Shown: positions 39,556-53,559 of the stretch, one piece after another
Position numbering within the stretch: the first letter of the stretch is position 1
How the letters are laid out: every line of letters begins with the position of its first letter
Assembly (NCBI GenBank): GCA_028023455.1
Contig: JAQFVV010000005.1
Span: forward strand, 21,266,001-21,330,000
Direction of reading: 5' to 3'
Source of the DNA: Epiperipatus broadwayi
Lineage: Eukaryota > Animalia > Onychophora
DNA: 64,000 bases
Program-made: the position numbers and the translations under genes
The notes under the pieces: model-generated
The model's database searches: none
Seen by the model: the letters and a program-made list of their open reading frames with translations, nothing else
Told to the model about the DNA's origin: nothing

Positions 39556-41024
39556 TTTAAATAACTCATTTCAGAAGAAAGGCTTCTTTAGAAGGTTATT
39601 ATAAAAAAGGCTTTACTATGATTGTCAAGTGCCAAAAAAGAGGTTTTGAGTCTTTTTCTGTAATTGTTTTACCCATTAGCTACAAATAGTTAAATACCCA
39701 TTTACTGACTAATATTGTATGCTTAGTTAGGTTAGTGGGGGCAAAAAATCCCAAGTCTGTTTTAAAAAAAAGTTATTCAGCTTGAATTTGCATTCAGATC
39801 GTGCACATAACAAGTATTATATCAGTAGGTCCACATATAAATACTTGCTTTCTAATTCAAGTGTGAATTTATCCATGTAAATCATTTATAAATTGATACT
39901 TGATAGGTATTAATAAAAAGAAATATTTTTTTGTTAATATACATTTGTTAAATATTTCTTTTCTCGTTTTTTTATACCCCTAATCTTGTTCTTTTTGTTG
40001 TTTTTCCTATTCTTTTCGCTCCATCAATAACAGCACCCTATACTTCCCGAGGTTATTTTAATGCTGCTTGCTTAGAATTATTTATTTAAATTACTTTTTT
40101 CGTACTTGTATTTAATTATAATCTCTATCCGTTTCCAACTTCTGATGTAAATTATTCATTCATATATACTGTATATATACACATTCGCAGAGAAGTAATT
40201 TGGCATTTTAAAAACCAAACCTTGTCACTGAGATTCAAATGTAGCGAGTCAATTTCGCAAATGATTATCTTTTCAAGTTGTTTTTTGTAACGGAAAGAAG
40301 AGATTTTTTAAAATTAAAAATCATTTGGGGGAGAGGGGGAGATAAAAATAATAAGATTTAGAATAATTTCAGATATTGTTTATTTAGTGCATTTATTTTA
40401 TATATTTAAATTTATGCTAATATGTATACATATTCAATCAAGTGTATGTAAAACTAGGTAAAAAAATTTATTTTTTCTCTTTTTTGTATAAAAAGTTAAA
40501 GCGAAGATTTTACTTTTGTCTTTTTAAAATACTTGTAGGGTGGGGAAATATGCATGCTTTGCTTTAGTGATTTAAATTATTTATGAGATGATTTGCATAT
40601 ATAGATAACCCTGCTACTTCTAGTAAGTTTGAGGCCATGCTATGTCATAGATACTGAATACAAAAATTTGCAGGTATCACATCATATTATATGCATTGTA
40701 AGCACACACACAAGTAGATATTCACACACATATATAGATACATGTTGAAAATGCGCTTAAAACTCATGTATATTGCAGTTATATATATGCTTACATATAT
40801 ATGCTTCATGTTGTAACAGGAACCAGGTTTGAATCCTGTTACAAGTTAAAGCAATTCGAGATAGCAACACATATATTCAGATATGGTGAATCAAATGTAC
40901 CTATTCGATTAAGTCAAAATGACTGAATAGTGTATCTAAAACTGGATAATGACTGAATAAAGTATCTAAAACTCATTTATAAGAGGGGGGAGGAGAGTTG
41001 TGCTCATTTGTTTTAATGGATTAT

Positions 41025-41694
41025 TAAATTCAAATATCATGCTTTCAAGCAAATTGTGCAAACGCTTTGCGAGTGTTAATAATAAATGAATACTTTCTCA
41101 CCAATACAAGATATAGTATTTATGCAGGAATAAAAGGAATCCCTCTTATTCCTACAACTCAAATATTTATATATGAGCAAATCTGAAGTACTGGAATAAG
41201 AGGGATTCCTTTTATTCCTGTGTAAATGCTATATCTTGTATTGGTGAGAAAGTATTCATTTATTATTAACACTCGCAAAGCGTTTGCACAATTGGCTTGA
41301 AAAGCTGATATTTGAATTTAATACAATCATATACAGACGCTATATAAAATAAATGCTTATTTAATATGATTAAGTTTCAGTTGGAATGACGTTTAGTAAA
41401 TTCTAGACAAATTTCATTGACGTCATTCATTCAGACATCGTATAGAGTAATTTAAAGTGACTGTTCTATCATCACACTTTCTTTGCCAGTACTTCAGATT
41501 TGCTCATATATAAATATTTGAGTTGTAGGAATAAGAGGGATTCCTTTTATTCCTGCATAAATGCTATATCTTGTATTGGTGAGAAAGTATTCATTTATTA
41601 TTAACACTCGCAAAGCGTTTGCACAATTGGCTTGAAAGGCTGATATTTGAATTTAATACAATCGTATACAGACGCTATATAAAATAAATGCTTA
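41025..41694. mobile_element. inverted plus tandem element, family H
   Basis: One inverted arm (41027-41195), then two tandem + copies with ~335-bp period (41196 and 41531). Flanked by TTTAAT(G/A)GATTAT (41012-41024, 41695-41707). Confidence 0.8.
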
Positions 41695-41989
41695 TTTAAT
41701 AGATTATGTATATGTTATTATATAATCAAATGTACAAAAAAGAATCTTCTGTAAAAGTGTATAATGTATTTTTTTGTTGTTTTAAATTGGGTGAAATGAA
41801 ACAAATGTTATCCACGAAATCCTTTCACCATAGGTATTGTGTGTTTCAAAAGGCTTTATTGATCTATGGGTTTACAAAAAGAAAAAAAAAGGGAGGCACA
41901 AAAAATGAAGAAAAGAGAGAGAGAGAAATAACAATCTTGATCAGGGCTTACTATTTTCCTGATCATTACATCAGTTTATAATACTTTAC

Positions 41990-43560
41990 ATATATTGTTG
42001 CATCAATATCCTCTTTGTCATTATTTCTGATGATCTAGTTCTTTGGCAATGGTGAGTCATTTTTATAAATTGTAGCAAAATTGCATTGGTGACCAGGTGT
42101 CTGAGAAAATGTTAGATGATGAAATTTTTCATCGCTTGTGCATATGATATCAATTTTGTTTCTAAATGTAATTAGGGTGTTTTGTGTCTGGTCCATATAT
42201 AAATGTACATCTGGTATACCATAGTGAGTATAGTACAAATGTGCTAGCATGAATGTGTCCATAAATACCTTTTTCAAAGGTATTGAGAAGTGGTTGTATT
42301 CCATACTCCTTATTTTTAAAAAATTGGGGAATGTCCCACCGGATATTATTACATATGGGGCATGTGAATAATAAATGTAATAGGATTTTTGATTCTCTCT
42401 GACACAGCTTGCATATATCCTCAATATTGGTACAATTCCTTTTGTACCTACAAAAATCAAGAGTTGGGAGTGCCTCAAGATTTAGTTTTAAGAGAAAATT
42501 GTAAAATTTCAGTTCTAATGACCAATATTTGAAATTTTTTGTCAACTGCTTATTTGTTATGTTTAGATAAGTTTTGCCATTATTATTGAAAGAGAGGTTG
42601 CAGACCAAATATACCTTCTAGTATTTCATTTTATCTAGGGGGGGGGGCAATAGATTAGATTGGGAGTGCTTAATAGCAGAGAAATTAATTTATTCCAGAA
42701 ATTACTTGTAGGTGGTGGCCTGTCTGTGGATGTGATTTTGAGTGTAACTTTCAGATATGGGAAAATTTTGGCATGTGATATTAGATTAAATGATTTTAAA
42801 ATTGAAAAATGTTGATAGAATGTAGGCCCAGTCCATTTTGAGATAGAGGGTGCAGAATTTTCCTTAGGAATATTGACACTATTTTTTTTTCCCACAGCAA
42901 TTTCCTATGCGTTGAATACATTTTTGCTGTAAAAGATTTTGTGTATATTATTATGGGTGTACAGTATGTAACTCTTGTTATTACTAAGAGATTGAAAAGG
43001 ACAACTTTGGGATAGAGTGACATGTATGATTTGGATAGAGAATTAATTATATCCTCAGATTTATTCATTAATTTTCTTTGTATCTGTGATTGTATTTCAG
43101 AATTGCTTAAACAGAACAGAAATCCCACGAATGATTCTGGTTTTCCTTTACAGTATTGCTCCTGTTGACATCCAGTGCATATGTACCAAGCAGATTAAAC
43201 TCCAATTTATATTCTGCTGAGTAGTTATTAAGGATTTTAATTAAGTTTTTTGTGACCAGAAAGATCATAATATCCATGTAGTTAACACATGTAACAGCCT
43301 TCATTGCAGGTATAATACCATAGGTATTGTTTAAAGTTATTTTTAAAGGTGTGTAATGAAACTTTTTAAGCTAGAAAAAAACACTTGCTAAAAGGTTTTC
43401 TTTATAAAAAAAAAAAGACAAAAGAAGCCGGACCTAATATCACACAGGATAAGATTTAAAATATCGAACATTTTGAGGGGAATAGAACTTTCTAGAAAAA
43501 TAAAGGGTATAAATAGAAAAATCAGGAGACAAGATTTAGTTTTTATGCTGATATTTTCGC
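41990..43560 (-). mobile_element. decayed L1/Tx1-type LINE (RT C-terminus and Cys-rich domain)
   Basis: Frameshifted pieces: NYMDIMIFL (YADD region), ILHPLSQNGLGL and CKLCQRESKILLHLLFTCP. Confidence 0.8.
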
Positions 43561-43580
43561 TGTCATATATAAATTGATAT

Positions 43581-43819
43581 AATTAAAAAAGCAAGTCATA
43601 TATAACGTGACATTACTTTTATAAGCTTGTAGTTACAAAAATGCAATACAGAGAGCCTACCAATAGCTCAAACAAGCTCTTAATTAAAGAGTGCGGCATG
43701 AGAAAATATTTAAAATCTCTATCCAGAAGAGTGTTCTGGATAGAGATTTTAAATATTTTCTCATGCCGCACTTATTAATTAAGAGCTTGTTTGAGTTATT
43801 GGTACACTCTCTGTATTGC
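43581..43819. mobile_element. family E hairpin copy with the hammerhead-bearing centre deleted
   Basis: Same termini as 32009-32403, new 12-bp TSD ATAAATTGATAT (43569-43580, 43820-43831). Arms are joined at CTATCCAGAA|GAGTGTTCTGG. Confidence 0.88.
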
Positions 43820-45602
43820 ATAAATTGATATTGGAGATTTTAATTTATGATTTTGGAAGAAAATATATATTTGCCAGCTAACATGACTATGTTGGTAAAG
43901 TCCTAAATGTGCTGGGCTTTTATTCCACTACTCCACGAAGAAAACAAAAAGTTGCTATATGATCCTGTGTCCATCCGAAGCAAAAAAAAAATCTACTCCA
44001 TCCATCTCCGTCTCTGTAAGTATCCTAATTCATCATTGCGCCATTGGAAATTTTAAAAGGCAAAGATATTCTTTCTGAACAATTTCTGTGGTCCTAGTGT
44101 TTCCCGAGTAAGTTTACTTTCTTTATGAATCTGAATAATCCAATTTCCCTGGGGATCCAAAGGTAATATGAACGTTATTCCAAACTTATAATTGTGTGCA
44201 TTCTCAATATTATATTCAGACTGTAATTTCTTTATATTAAATCATACTAATAATATTAAAGATAAACAATTTAATATTTGAAATAACTAACCATTTTGTC
44301 TGTAGAAAAAAATATATATGCTATTATATTCATTAAATATTTGAGCACTATTATATATATTATTTCATAATTATATATATTATTTCATAATTATTTATTT
44401 AGTTTAAAAATTTATGTATGCTTGGAGGTACTGAATATTATGTATGCTTGGAGTTATTGAATAATTTAGGTAATTTGATTTCTGCTACCTTAAATATACA
44501 TGTCTCTGTCAGTCTAAGTACTACCTACCCTGAGTGAGTTAGCCAGTGGCTGGGCATTCATTAACATGCTATGATTACTCCCCTCAATCCTTTCAGTATA
44601 ATTCTTGTGCAAGCATAGGATTGGTGCATGGAGTCGGAAAAGGCTAAGGTCCATAAATATATTAGGGAAAAGTTAATTAATAATTATGAGAAACTAAGGC
44701 CGAATATCTATTTACATATATATCTACTATTTAATTTTATTCTTTGGGAGATGAGGTTTTAAAATAACTTGCCTTCAGGTTTATACTACTATAAGTCCAT
44801 CTCGGTAGATTAAATGGTTTCGTTCATGAATAAATCTTGTCAGTAATAAATATAATAATACAAAAAAAGTTATTTTGTAGAAATAGGTAAGTCTAATCAG
44901 GTACAAATGGAAAACGGGGGGGGGGGGGTAACCCGTTACAATGTCACTTTATGGTTAAAACCTTTTGAACTCTAATAGAGGGACATTATAAGATGGGTAT
45001 GATCAATGTTACATTATTTCTACATATATTTGTTATATTTGGTTAAAAATATGGATTATTAAGTTTAATAATGTATAAGAAAGGACACCATATTTAATGA
45101 CTCCAGAAAAAGAAAAAAGAAGAAAACATATAGAAAATGTAATTATAGAAATGTTATTTTAAGTAGAGAACAACAAAAATAGATTGTTTAGAGATAAAGT
45201 AAATGTTAAATGGTAATTAAACTAGCAAACATATATTACTTTAAAATATTTGTAAAAAAGATAACATTGTATATATAGAACAGAGAGCAAATGTGTAAAA
45301 CTGATTAAATGAAATGATAAAGAAAATTTGCTTAATATAATGGAGAGTATAAAAAAAACTAATAAAGAAAAGATAACTCCGCAAATAAAAATGTGTTGAA
45401 GAAGATCGCGATCTCTAATCAGATCAGGATTGCCAGATATGAAAAGATGTGTATATACAAATAGCATGTGCAGAGTATCAATCAACTTGTAAATATTGTA
45501 AGCTAGATTAAGGAATAATATTGACTGAGGTAGAATATAATTCACAATGAACATTAATGAGAATTGAAAATACTAATCAGCAGAAGAGATTTTATTGATC
45601 TT

Positions 45603-46788
45603 AAGCTTGTAAAATATAAACAATGAGCTTTGCTAATTGCTCAACAAGTTTTGTGATAAATGCTTAGCAAGAGAAAGCATTTAAAATACCTCTATCAGAA
45701 ACCACACCCAAATCCCTGACAAATGGTTTAGTGCTTTGGCACTCCTCAGAGAGGTGGTAGAGTAGTTTCAGACACTAGATCTAAAAATACCAACCCAAAA
45801 ACAGCATTTATCTAACCATTGAGTAGGAAATATAAAATTTTCAGACACTTAAATGTCTTCAAACCCAGCTATCTAACTCAAATGGCTATATGGGGTTGAG
45901 AGATCTTCATCCAAACCATATATTAGTAGTCTTAACAATATAACATCACTTAAGACTTAAAGCAAAGACTATAAATAGTCAATAAAAATAAAAAAGTCAT
46001 ATGTCACATGACCCCACTTCTTTGTTAAGCTTGTAAAATGTAAAAAAATAGCTTTACTTTGCTAATTGCTAACAAGCTTTGTGATAAATGCTTAGCAAGA
46101 GAAAGCATTTAAAATATCTCTATCAGAAACCACATCCAAACCCTTAACCAATGGTTTCATGCTTCGCCACTCCTCAGAGAGGTGCTAGGATAGTTTCAGA
46201 CACTAGATGTAAAAATACTAATCCAAAACCAGCATGTATATTTTTAGATCTAGTATCTGAAACTACCCTAGCACCTCTGAGGAGTGACAAAGCATGAAAC
46301 CATTGGACAGGGCTTTAGATGTGGTTTCTGATAGAGATATTTTAAATGCTTTCTTTTGCTAAGTATTTATCACAAAGCTTGTTGAGCAACTAAATGGGGT
46401 CATGTGATAAATGACTTTTTATTGGCTATTTATAGTTTTTGCTTTAAGTCTTAAGTGATGTTATATTGCTAAGATTTACTAATATATGGTTTGGCTGAAG
46501 ATCTCTCAGCCCCATATAGTTATTTGAGTTAGATATCTGGATTTGAAGACATTTAAGTGTCTGAAATATTCAGATTTTTTATTCAATGGTTAATTCTTAG
46601 ATAAATGCTGGCTTTGGGTTGGTATTTTTACATCTAGGGTCTAAAATTATCCTAGCACCCTTTCTGGGGAGTGCCAAAGCACGAAACCATTGGTCAGGGG
46701 ATTTAGTTTCTGATAGAGATATTTTAAATGCTTTTTCTTGCTAAGCATTTATCACAAAGCTTGTTGAGCAATTCGCAAAGTTCTTTGA
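45603..46788. mobile_element. 1.19-kb palindromic element, family B, with four hammerheads
   Basis: 11-bp TSD TTATTGATCTT (45592-45602, 46789-46799). Hammerheads at 45714-45754 (-), 46141-46182 (-), 46274-46312 (+) and 46657-46700 (+). Consensus CCTCT-CTGAGGA-GTGC(CAAA)GCAC-GAAA-CCATTGGT-C-AGGGG. Confidence 0.9.
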
Positions 46789-46984
46789 TTATTGATCTTG
46801 TTTGTAAATACTTAAAATGTTTACTATTCTTTATATACATGATTTAAGTTGTTTAAAGGTTAATAAACGTTAATTAATTATTATTATCGTTAATTTCTTT
46901 TGACATGTAATATAATTCATATTTAATACACTTTTAGCTTTTCGAAATTTATTCGTTCATCCTATATATATATATTCACATGAC

Positions 46985-47215
46985 TTGATCAAGCATTTGT
47001 AATGCAAATTGTGATTTTGTAACAAATGGGATTTGATCAAGCATAGCTGTATGAAATTTGCGCTTTAATTTTAGAATTATTGATGTAAATTATGACATTG
47101 TATGTTTTAGTCACATGATGATGTAAATTACGATTTTGTAATGAATGGTCATGATTTGGTCAAGCATAGTTGTATGGAATTTGTGCTTTAATTTTAGAAT
47201 TGTAGTAACCATCTA
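46985..47215. repeat. degenerate tandem repeat (~120-bp period)
   Basis: TTG(A/G)TCAAGCATAG..TGTATG(A/G)AATTTG.GCTTTAATTTTAGAATT recurs. Confidence 0.7.
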
Positions 47216-48354
47216 AAAAATTCCAGGTATTCATAATGAATTAACTATTGCTCATTCCTTTATTTAAATGCATTGCTGGGATATTTGTATATATATATTT
47301 GATTCATTCATATTTCTGTTCCTAAAATGGATGTTCATTCCTGCTTTGGGGAAATGATTTGTCAGATATTCCTTGGATATGATCATGCTATGGTGAGCAT
47401 ATCTCTCTTATTTTCAGACTGAGGATCTTCACTGTTATTCATGGTATCAAGGCAAATGAATTTCCTGCTTACTAGTAATAATTTTGTTAACTGGTTGTAG
47501 GAGCAGCTATTCATTCCTGCTCCATATGATCCTCTGATCTGATGAAATTCCTGGGTATGGCCTTGCTGAGGCAGGCATACCCTATCTCTGTTTCATCATT
47601 GGATATAGTCTCCTATTTTTTGATAATCTAGCACCACATTCAGTATTTTCTTTTATCTACTTTAAAGGCTGACTTTGCAAGTGTGCAGTCAGTCATAGTT
47701 TTAAGTCCAATAAAGTCATCTATTAATGATTGTGATGCTAATAGAACTCCTAAATTAACCTTGCTTGATAATTCATTAATTGATAGTTAAATCATCATAG
47801 AATGTCCAGCTTAGAGGTTATTAAGACATATAAAGCCTAGAGTCCCTCTAGTGTGCTTAGTACTAATTAATTTTTATTTTAACCTGTAAGAAAGACAATA
47901 TAATTTTAGGTTTAAATCTAGACATGAAATTTTATTTTGTTTTTTTATTGTTACTAATAGATCTATATACATATAACCTCTCGCATTTGTGCCTTTGTTT
48001 ACCACAATTAATTTTTGTATAGATTTAAGGGTCTCTTATGTCTGCCTGACCTCAGTGGGATGTAAGAAAAAGGGCCTGTATGTTAATATCAGATGCATTG
48101 GTCATGTGGAAATTTGTCCTGGAGGGCATAGGTAATGAGGTTTGACTTTGTATTGTTGTGGTAATGTTTATATCAATGTTACACTAGACATCACATGACC
48201 ATCTCCTCTGTTTATTCTAGACACATGAGTTAGTGTTCATTGCTTGGTTCCTAAGATTATTGATTATAGGTATCTGATTATTAAAATATATGTATATAGA
48301 GAGAAATGTTTTTACATACTCTGTACCCAATATCATCAAACAAATAATAATGTA

Positions 48355-48451
48355 GTCAAGCGTTGGTGGCCGATGGATTAGCACAGCAGCCTTACAAACA
48401 GTTGTCCTGGAGTTCACTTCCCGGCCGACGCTTTGACACATTAAAAAAAAA
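48355..48451 (+). mobile_element. tRNA-Gly-derived SINE, short subfamily
   Basis: GCGTTGGTGGCCGATGGATTAGCACAGCAGCCTTACAAACAGTTGTCCTGGAGTTCACTTCCCGGCCGACGC is collinear with tRNA-Gly(TCC). TGACACAT-poly(A) tail; short TSD AATGTA. Confidence 0.85.
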
Positions 48452-49659
48452 TGTAAAAAGTCTCTTTTTGATTATTTTTGGATAATTTAAATGGAAGATA
48501 TGGTAAATTGAAGATTTGGAGGTGGACGAGAAGTTCTTTATAGAGATTTAATCACAGAAAAAATTCATTATATTAGAGATGCAATTTCTGTGCTAGGTCG
48601 ATAAGAAACCTTTAGCAATTTGTTTAATTATTGTGGGAATTAGAAAGACCCTAGAATCATTCTAGAGAAGAGAAAAAAATCAAATAATAGGATTGGGCAA
48701 TAGAAGTACTAATAAATACTCAGAGCATCACTAAATGGCTACCTTTATTAATCATTCTGAATATACATATATATAAGAAATAGAAGTTGCACAGAAGTTA
48801 CTTTCTCAGAGTTATTAATGTTAAACATTAAAATAAGATTGAAAGGAAGTTCTAGGTATTAATCTTTTCCCATGTTCTCTTTTTGTTCTCAAGGGGTACT
48901 ACTTGCATCGGTTTTATTTACAATGATTTTGAACTGGGCAGAACTTACTTAATATTAAATTACTCAGTTTTGTCCTGTTTAACAGTTTAATTTTAGCAAG
49001 GGCTAAATTTATATTTTAACACCTAGATAATAGATGCAATCAGAGAATGAAAGCAATTTATATTTCAGTGATTCGTTGTTCATTGCGATGAGAATTTTTT
49101 GTTTGTCACGATGAAAAATATATTTATTTTACAAATTTATTTTTCCATTTTAAATACAGTATATACTTTTATTAATGTAAGTGCAGATATATTAATATAT
49201 ATCTCTATTTCAATTTGATTTTCAAGTGCCAAGTTACCCACTTACAACACTGACGTCATATACTCACTCAAAGTGTTTTGAATTCCTGAGCACTAAAGCC
49301 ATTTTAATATTGATTATTATTAAAGATTTATTAGGTTAAAGAATATCATATCATTCCTAGCCCAGATTTAAACTTTAAACTCACTTAAAGATTATTAACT
49401 TGAGGGATTTTTTTAAAACATAATCACATTAGATTATTAATCCAATTCCATCCACTTCTTCTTTACATATATAGTTTTTTTAAAATATAATTAAAATTTC
49501 CATTTCTCCACACATCTTCAAAACATACAAATAACGATAACTGAACCCCACCCCCACCCATGCGTTCTGTGCTGAATCAGCACTCATAATTATTTGATTC
49601 TGTCAAGTCAGTAAGTAGTGGAAATATTTGATATATCTAAATATAATAATACATATGTA

Positions 49660-49770
49660 ATATTTACTAAGGCTGTAACCTCAAGAATGTGCGCGTAAAA
49701 ATGCGATAGTAGGACCTCTACAGGTCTTAACCACAAGCTTACGTTTAGGAAGAAAAGAGGGGAACCCTTC
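49660..49770. repeat. family G copy
   Basis: Matches 6470-6570 and 61492-61683. Confidence 0.85.
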
Positions 49771-50848
49771 TTTACTTCAACCTACTTTCTATATAAATAG
49801 GTGAAGCTGAAGCGGTTAGATCTGAGACCGTGAAGCTATTCAATACTTCACTAATTAAGTCCACATTTCTTATTACACATTAATACTTGCGAAATCTTTC
49901 TATTTACAATATGGAAAATAAGGATAAAGTTGGATTAATATATCATGTGGTTGTGTTTATATATATAAAACATTAACCTTTAATTAAATTTAAACTATAT
50001 GGGCTAAAAATGGCATGATAATCTCTAGCCTAATAAACAATTAGTAATAAGCATTACTGTGTTTACTTCAACTGGATGTTGTGAAAGATGGGAGTTCAGA
50101 AAATTTGACATTTAAGATTAAATTGTAGTAATTTGATATTGATAAATACTAAACAAACTGTAATGACCTGTGACCTGGACCAACTGTAAAGTGCTTGATC
50201 AGAATGAAATGCATTTTTGAATTATTTGCTTTTTTTAGATGAATCATGTTTTAAGGGTATGCAGAAAAATGGAAGTTTTAGGAATATCTGGAAAAAAATA
50301 AATATCAGTATGTGTGTGTGTAACATGTTTTATAATTAAGCCACAAGATATATTTCTAGGCTTTAAAATTAAAACTGCCTGAAGATTAATAGTATATCTA
50401 ACACATTAGAAAATTTCCTACTTTTTATTTAATAATTCTAGTCATGATCAGAAAGTATTTAACATATGAATGTTATCATAAAATGATAATAAAAATATTG
50501 ACCGATTTATCAGGAAGTGAACTTTGAATTCTAATCAACCCTAATGTTACAAATTCTACACTCCTAATTATTCTAATTACTAATGAATAATTAATTCTAA
50601 ATCTAATAAACTGACTATTAATTGATTGGTAGAATTTGCAGATCTTATAGATAAAAGTAAGTTCATCCATTTTAATGGATGGAGAAAATATTAAAAGAAC
50701 GAATTAAAGTCTGTGCTTTTAAATAAATGATAATCATTGAACTAATGGTAGAAACAGCAGTGTAAGGTTAGAGAGAGAAGTGAAATAAGTAATTGAAAGT
50801 TGTAGTATTTGGATTTCATAAGAAGTTTGAACATTAAAAGTCATAGAA

Positions 50849-50957
50849 CAAGCGTTGTTAGTCGAGAGGTCATCGTAGCTGCCTTGCAAGCAAGTAGTTG
50901 GTTGCAGACGGTTGTGGGTTCGCCTCCCGGACGATGCTATGACATAAGAAAAAAAAA
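50849..50957 (+). mobile_element. tRNA-Gly-derived SINE, long subfamily
   Basis: Close match to 15802-15913. 15-bp TSD AAAAGTCATAGAACA. Confidence 0.9.
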
Positions 50958-52789
50958 GTCATAGAACAGAATCATAATCAACAGAATGTGAATTCTAGAG
51001 TCTGCAGTGATATTACCTTGCTTTTAATAAGTTCAATAAGTTATGGCATTTGTAGTCAGTTTTAAAAAAAAAAATTAAATCTTTCATTTAGTCTGTAGCA
51101 TTTTATAATTTGAATACTTATGTAATTAAGAAATGTGAAGAGAAAAATTATACATACTTAATCCTGCAGAACAAAGTAATCGAATAGTTCACTAATCAGA
51201 AATTCATAACCACTTCAAGCTATGAAAATGATAGAGTTGAGACTATGGCATATGGACTATGAATTACAGAGTCCATATCTACCACTGCACTAAACCACAT
51301 AGGGCAAAAGAAGTGTAATGATAACATAAGGCTTTTAATAAAGCTAATAAGTTATTCAGTAACCTTTTAAAGTTAGGTTTAAAGAAGTGTGTTAAGCTTT
51401 TCATTTAGAGTGTAACATTTTTTTTAAAATGGAGACTTAGATAATTACGACATTGGAAAAGATTGAGTGTTTTAGAAATGTGAATTTGAAATGGTATGAG
51501 AATGAAATAAATATTCCAAATGGATTTGTTCCTCCAGAGTTTAAATAAAATTTGAGCAACATAAGTGACAAAGTCGAGTGCAATCCATGAGTCTTACTCC
51601 AAAATTTGCCATGTGTGCATTGTTTTAAGTCGTGCAGAATAATCAAATAGCTCAGAAGTTCAAACACTTTCAACTCCAACGTTGCCACTCTAGCTCTGGG
51701 CGCAACCATGCAGATCTATGGAATATAGAAATAGCAAAAAGATAAAAAAATAAAAGAGTTAACTATTGAATAATTAAAAAGAAAAGAAAAAGGAATTGTT
51801 TCAGACGCATTGTAAAAGAGAGGTAAGTGTTGGAAAAGATTATGAAAGGTTTAGAAGATAGAGTAAGAAAGTTGACAGATAATTTTTAAGAAAGGAGATA
51901 GATATGAGATTTTAAGAACAGAAAAGTGAAAGGTTTGGGAAAAGTAACTAATAAGTGGTAACTCAATTTTTGCTATACAATAAAGATGATAAAATTTCGT
52001 TATTTTTTTAAAAAGATGGATTTTATTATCTAATTAATTAAATAATTAACTTCCTGCTTTCATCGAACTTTTCAGAGTTTAATTTTATTCAATCTTATGA
52101 TTATCAAGGTTACTGATCTATAGACGGGCGTAGCGCTTATTGTATTATCCTATCATACTTACGACCTGAATTCAAATCTGAACTGAAGTGTAGAGATTTT
52201 TTTCAGATAATAAAATTTTCAAAGCAAATTGATAATTTTTCAAAATGACGTCCTGAAGTCAACTTAGCTAGCTCGCCAGTATTGATCAGCAGATTGTTTG
52301 ATTGTGAATTTCTGCGCAATCTTTTAATAATTGATCTTTATCTAGTAAATGTTTTTAAAATAATCTCTTAATTCCGCTAAGGCTCACTAGATGTCAGGAG
52401 TAGACACCACAACACGTAGCATCAGTGCTATATAAAAGACAACTAACTATGCATATGTTGGGAAGAAATCCACATTGTTTATATCCGCATTAATACCAGT
52501 TATTTTATTTAATTTTTTTTATCATTTTCATACTTAAAGAAGAAAATATGTTTTATTAAACTGGAATATTTCAAGTGCTTTACTCATTAAGAAAACGTCT
52601 CATTACTTATATTGAAATTAAATTTAAATACTGTATGTGATGAATACGTCTTAACGTGATCAATTCTAATCTGTCGGTATTCAATAAAAACTCTTTTCTT
52701 AATTGGCACTTTTTTATATACTTATGATCTTTATCAACGTCTTCCTATTTATAATTTAAATGCACGGAAGTAAATCGAATATTTACGGT

Positions 52790-53525
52790 GAATAATAAAT
52801 GATTAAATCACTGAGGGGTCGTGAAATGTGGCAGAGTGGTCTTGGATTCAAGAATCCTTAGCTTATAAGTCTTAAACTATCACTGAAGCATCGTAATCTG
52901 ATTTCACACTCACATTCCGAGGAACAGGGTGACACTGAGAACGAAAGTCAGCAGAGGTTTTGTGAGAAATTGGAGCATCAAATCAAAAAACAAACTGAAT
53001 GTGTTTCTGAAGATCCTCAACATGAAGCTGAAGGCCAATCACTTGCAAAGAATGTATCCAAGTTCAAAATCTTTGATGCAACTGGTAAAAATAAACAAAC
53101 AAATTTAATAAAATTAATCGATGCTCTCGAATTCATACCACCAATAAGTGTAGAAGTTGAAAGATTCTTTTTGGTTGCAGGACTATATATAACCAAACCT
53201 AGAACTAGACTCAGTGATAAAAGTGTAAATGGCCTTCATTCCTTACGTTCATATTATATGTCAACGCCAAATCAGTCTCAAAATAAACTAAAGTGAAGTT
53301 TTTTTTTAAAAAAAAAAAAACAAAGTACTCACTGGTCTGTCATGGTTTAAAAAGAAAATTTTCTGAAAAGTTTAGAATTTGTTTCAATTTGTAGCGGATA
53401 TATATAAATGAATAAAAGGCTGTGAAATTTTCAGTTTTACTTTTATCTACAATAATCCCGGGAAAAGAATATTTTTTATCCCGGAATGCCAGGATTTCCG
53501 AAATCCAGGACAAAGACAATTCCTA
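52790..53525 (+). mobile_element. hAT DNA transposon 3' remnant (dimerisation domain and right end)
   Basis: IPPISVEVERFFLVAGLYITKPRTRLSDKSV matches hATC 'P.TSV..ER.FS.AG..ITK.R.RLSD'. Repeated CCCGG/CCAGG subterminal motifs end in TTCCTAG. Confidence 0.75.
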
Positions 53526-53559
53526 GCTCCAATATTCTCTAAAAGTCTTGAGCAGTGTA

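Noticed and set aside
48360-48432. Functional tRNA-Gly gene
   Set aside because: The anticodon loop and T-loop are mutated, and it carries the SINE leader, tail, poly(A) and TSD.
49800-49850. Hammerhead at GTGAAG-CTGAAGC...CTTCAC
   Set aside because: The core and GAAA are non-canonical, and the pairing is explained by a local hairpin.
52120-52440. Minus-strand exon ending at a GTAAGT donor (~52161) and a + TATA box (~52428)
   Set aside because: The donor lies in a tRNA-like B-box remnant, the frames are closed, and there is no supporting downstream structure.
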